DNA of 64,000 nucleotides. It comes from the human T2T-CHM13v2.0 reference genome, Homo sapiens. A model generated the notes under the pieces. That model was not told the origin of the DNA. It saw only the letters and a program-made list of their open reading frames with translations, and did no database searches. Shown here piece after piece: positions 63,386 through 64,000 of the stretch. The stretch spans positions 27,232,001 to 27,296,000 of the forward strand of contig CP086569.2 in NCBI GenBank assembly GCA_009914755.4, given 5' to 3'. Positions within the stretch are counted from its first letter, which is position 1. Each line of letters begins with the position of its first letter. A program made the position numbers and the translations under genes.

Positions 63386-63509
63386 TTTTTGTAGAGATGG
63401 GGTTTTGCGATGTTGGCCAGGCTGGTCTTGAACTCCTGACCTCAGGTGATCTGCCTGCTTTAGCCTCCCAAAGTGCTGGGATTACAGGCATGAGCCACCA
63501 CGCCTGGCC
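63386..63509 (-). mobile_element. Alu left-monomer (FLAM-like) fragment
   Basis: tttttgtagagatggggttttgcgatgttggccaggctggtcttgaactcctgacctcaggtgatctgcctgctttagcctcccaaagtgctgggattacaggcatgagccaccacgcctggcc. Confidence 0.85.
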
Positions 63510-63667
63510 TTTTTTTGATGTTTATTCCACATTGTGTCAGTCCTCACACGTCTCCTGGGATCCATCTGACATGTAATCTGTTGGTTTTCCAGCAGTAATA
63601 ATTTCACGTAAAATCCTAAATCTGACCTGAAATATTTTCTCTTCTCTTGTTGATTATCTTTAAATCA

Positions 63668-63718
63668 ACTATTTTGATATACTGAGATATTAACTATTTT
63701 GATATACTGAGATATAAT
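63668..63718. repeat. 25-bp tandem duplication
   Basis: aactattttgatatactgagatatt aactattttgatatactgagatata. Confidence 0.8.
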
Positions 63719-63804
63719 TCAGTTGGTTCATGACTGTGCCAATAGCTCTATTTTTATATACAAATAGACATGCCTAAATCCAGTTGTTTTTTTTTGTATG
63801 TACA

Positions 63805-64000
63805 TTTTATTTAATTAATTTTTAACTTTTATTTTAGGTTCAAGGGTATATGTGCAGGTTTGTTATATATGTAAATTTTGTGTCATGGGGGTTTGATGTA
63901 CGGATTGTTTTGTCACTCAGGTGATAAGCATAGTACCTGATAGGTAGCTTTTTGATACTCACCCTCCTCCCAGCCTCCAACCCTCAAGTAGGCCCCAATG
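63805..64000 (-). mobile_element. L1 3' end (runs off the window)
   Basis: ttttaacttttattttaggttcaagggtatatgtgcaggtttgttatatatgtaaattttgtgtcatgggggtttgatgtacggattgttttgtcactcaggtgataagcatagtacctgataggtagc..., reverse complement of the L1 3' UTR, paralogous to 39640-39800. Confidence 0.9.

Overview
This 64-kb window is primate (human-like) nuclear DNA, not prokaryotic. It is intron-rich and repeat-dense. There are no operons, CRISPR arrays, rRNA or tRNA genes. Nearly all supplied six-frame ORFs are spurious translations of Alu, L1 or AT-rich intronic sequence; they have the recurring Alu-derived peptide motifs and sit on repeats.

Coding signal, plus strand only:
- Two spliced exons at 324-461 and 2911-2978 encode an ankyrin-repeat segment of the ANKRD30A/ANKRD30B/ANKRD18/ANKRD20 (NY-BR-1) family: ...[67 protein letters not shown].
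- A tandem array of about 1.9-kb units at 15718-20247 (2.4 copies) carries a pair of short exons per unit (29 nt + 73 nt = 102 nt = 34 codons, phase-preserving). The pair encodes an ANKRD30A-like peptide repeat ([34 protein letters not shown]).
- In the second unit the 29-nt exon has a GT>AT donor mutation. The third unit is truncated at an Alu junction.
- At 33918-34021 a canonical AG...GT exon encodes the striatin-family coiled-coil segment AQIAFLQGERKGQENLKKDLVRRIKMLEYALKQK(R). It is STRN/STRN3-like with one E>K difference from my recollection of STRN.

Other features:
- A U6 snRNA pseudogene fragment at 1740-1816.
- A perfect 22-bp-stem hairpin at 10327-10374.
- A twin-priming-type inverted L1 at 11767-13281.
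- About 55 Alu elements, with sharply higher density after about 23 kb.
- An older L1 3' end carrying an Alu insertion with a clean target-site duplication (39615-41148).
- Several microsatellites, including a 115-bp (TA)n expansion inside an Alu.
- Ancient L1, LTR and DNA-transposon fragments.

All coordinates are hand-derived and approximate to a few bp. Family names for ancient repeats are from memory, not from a search.
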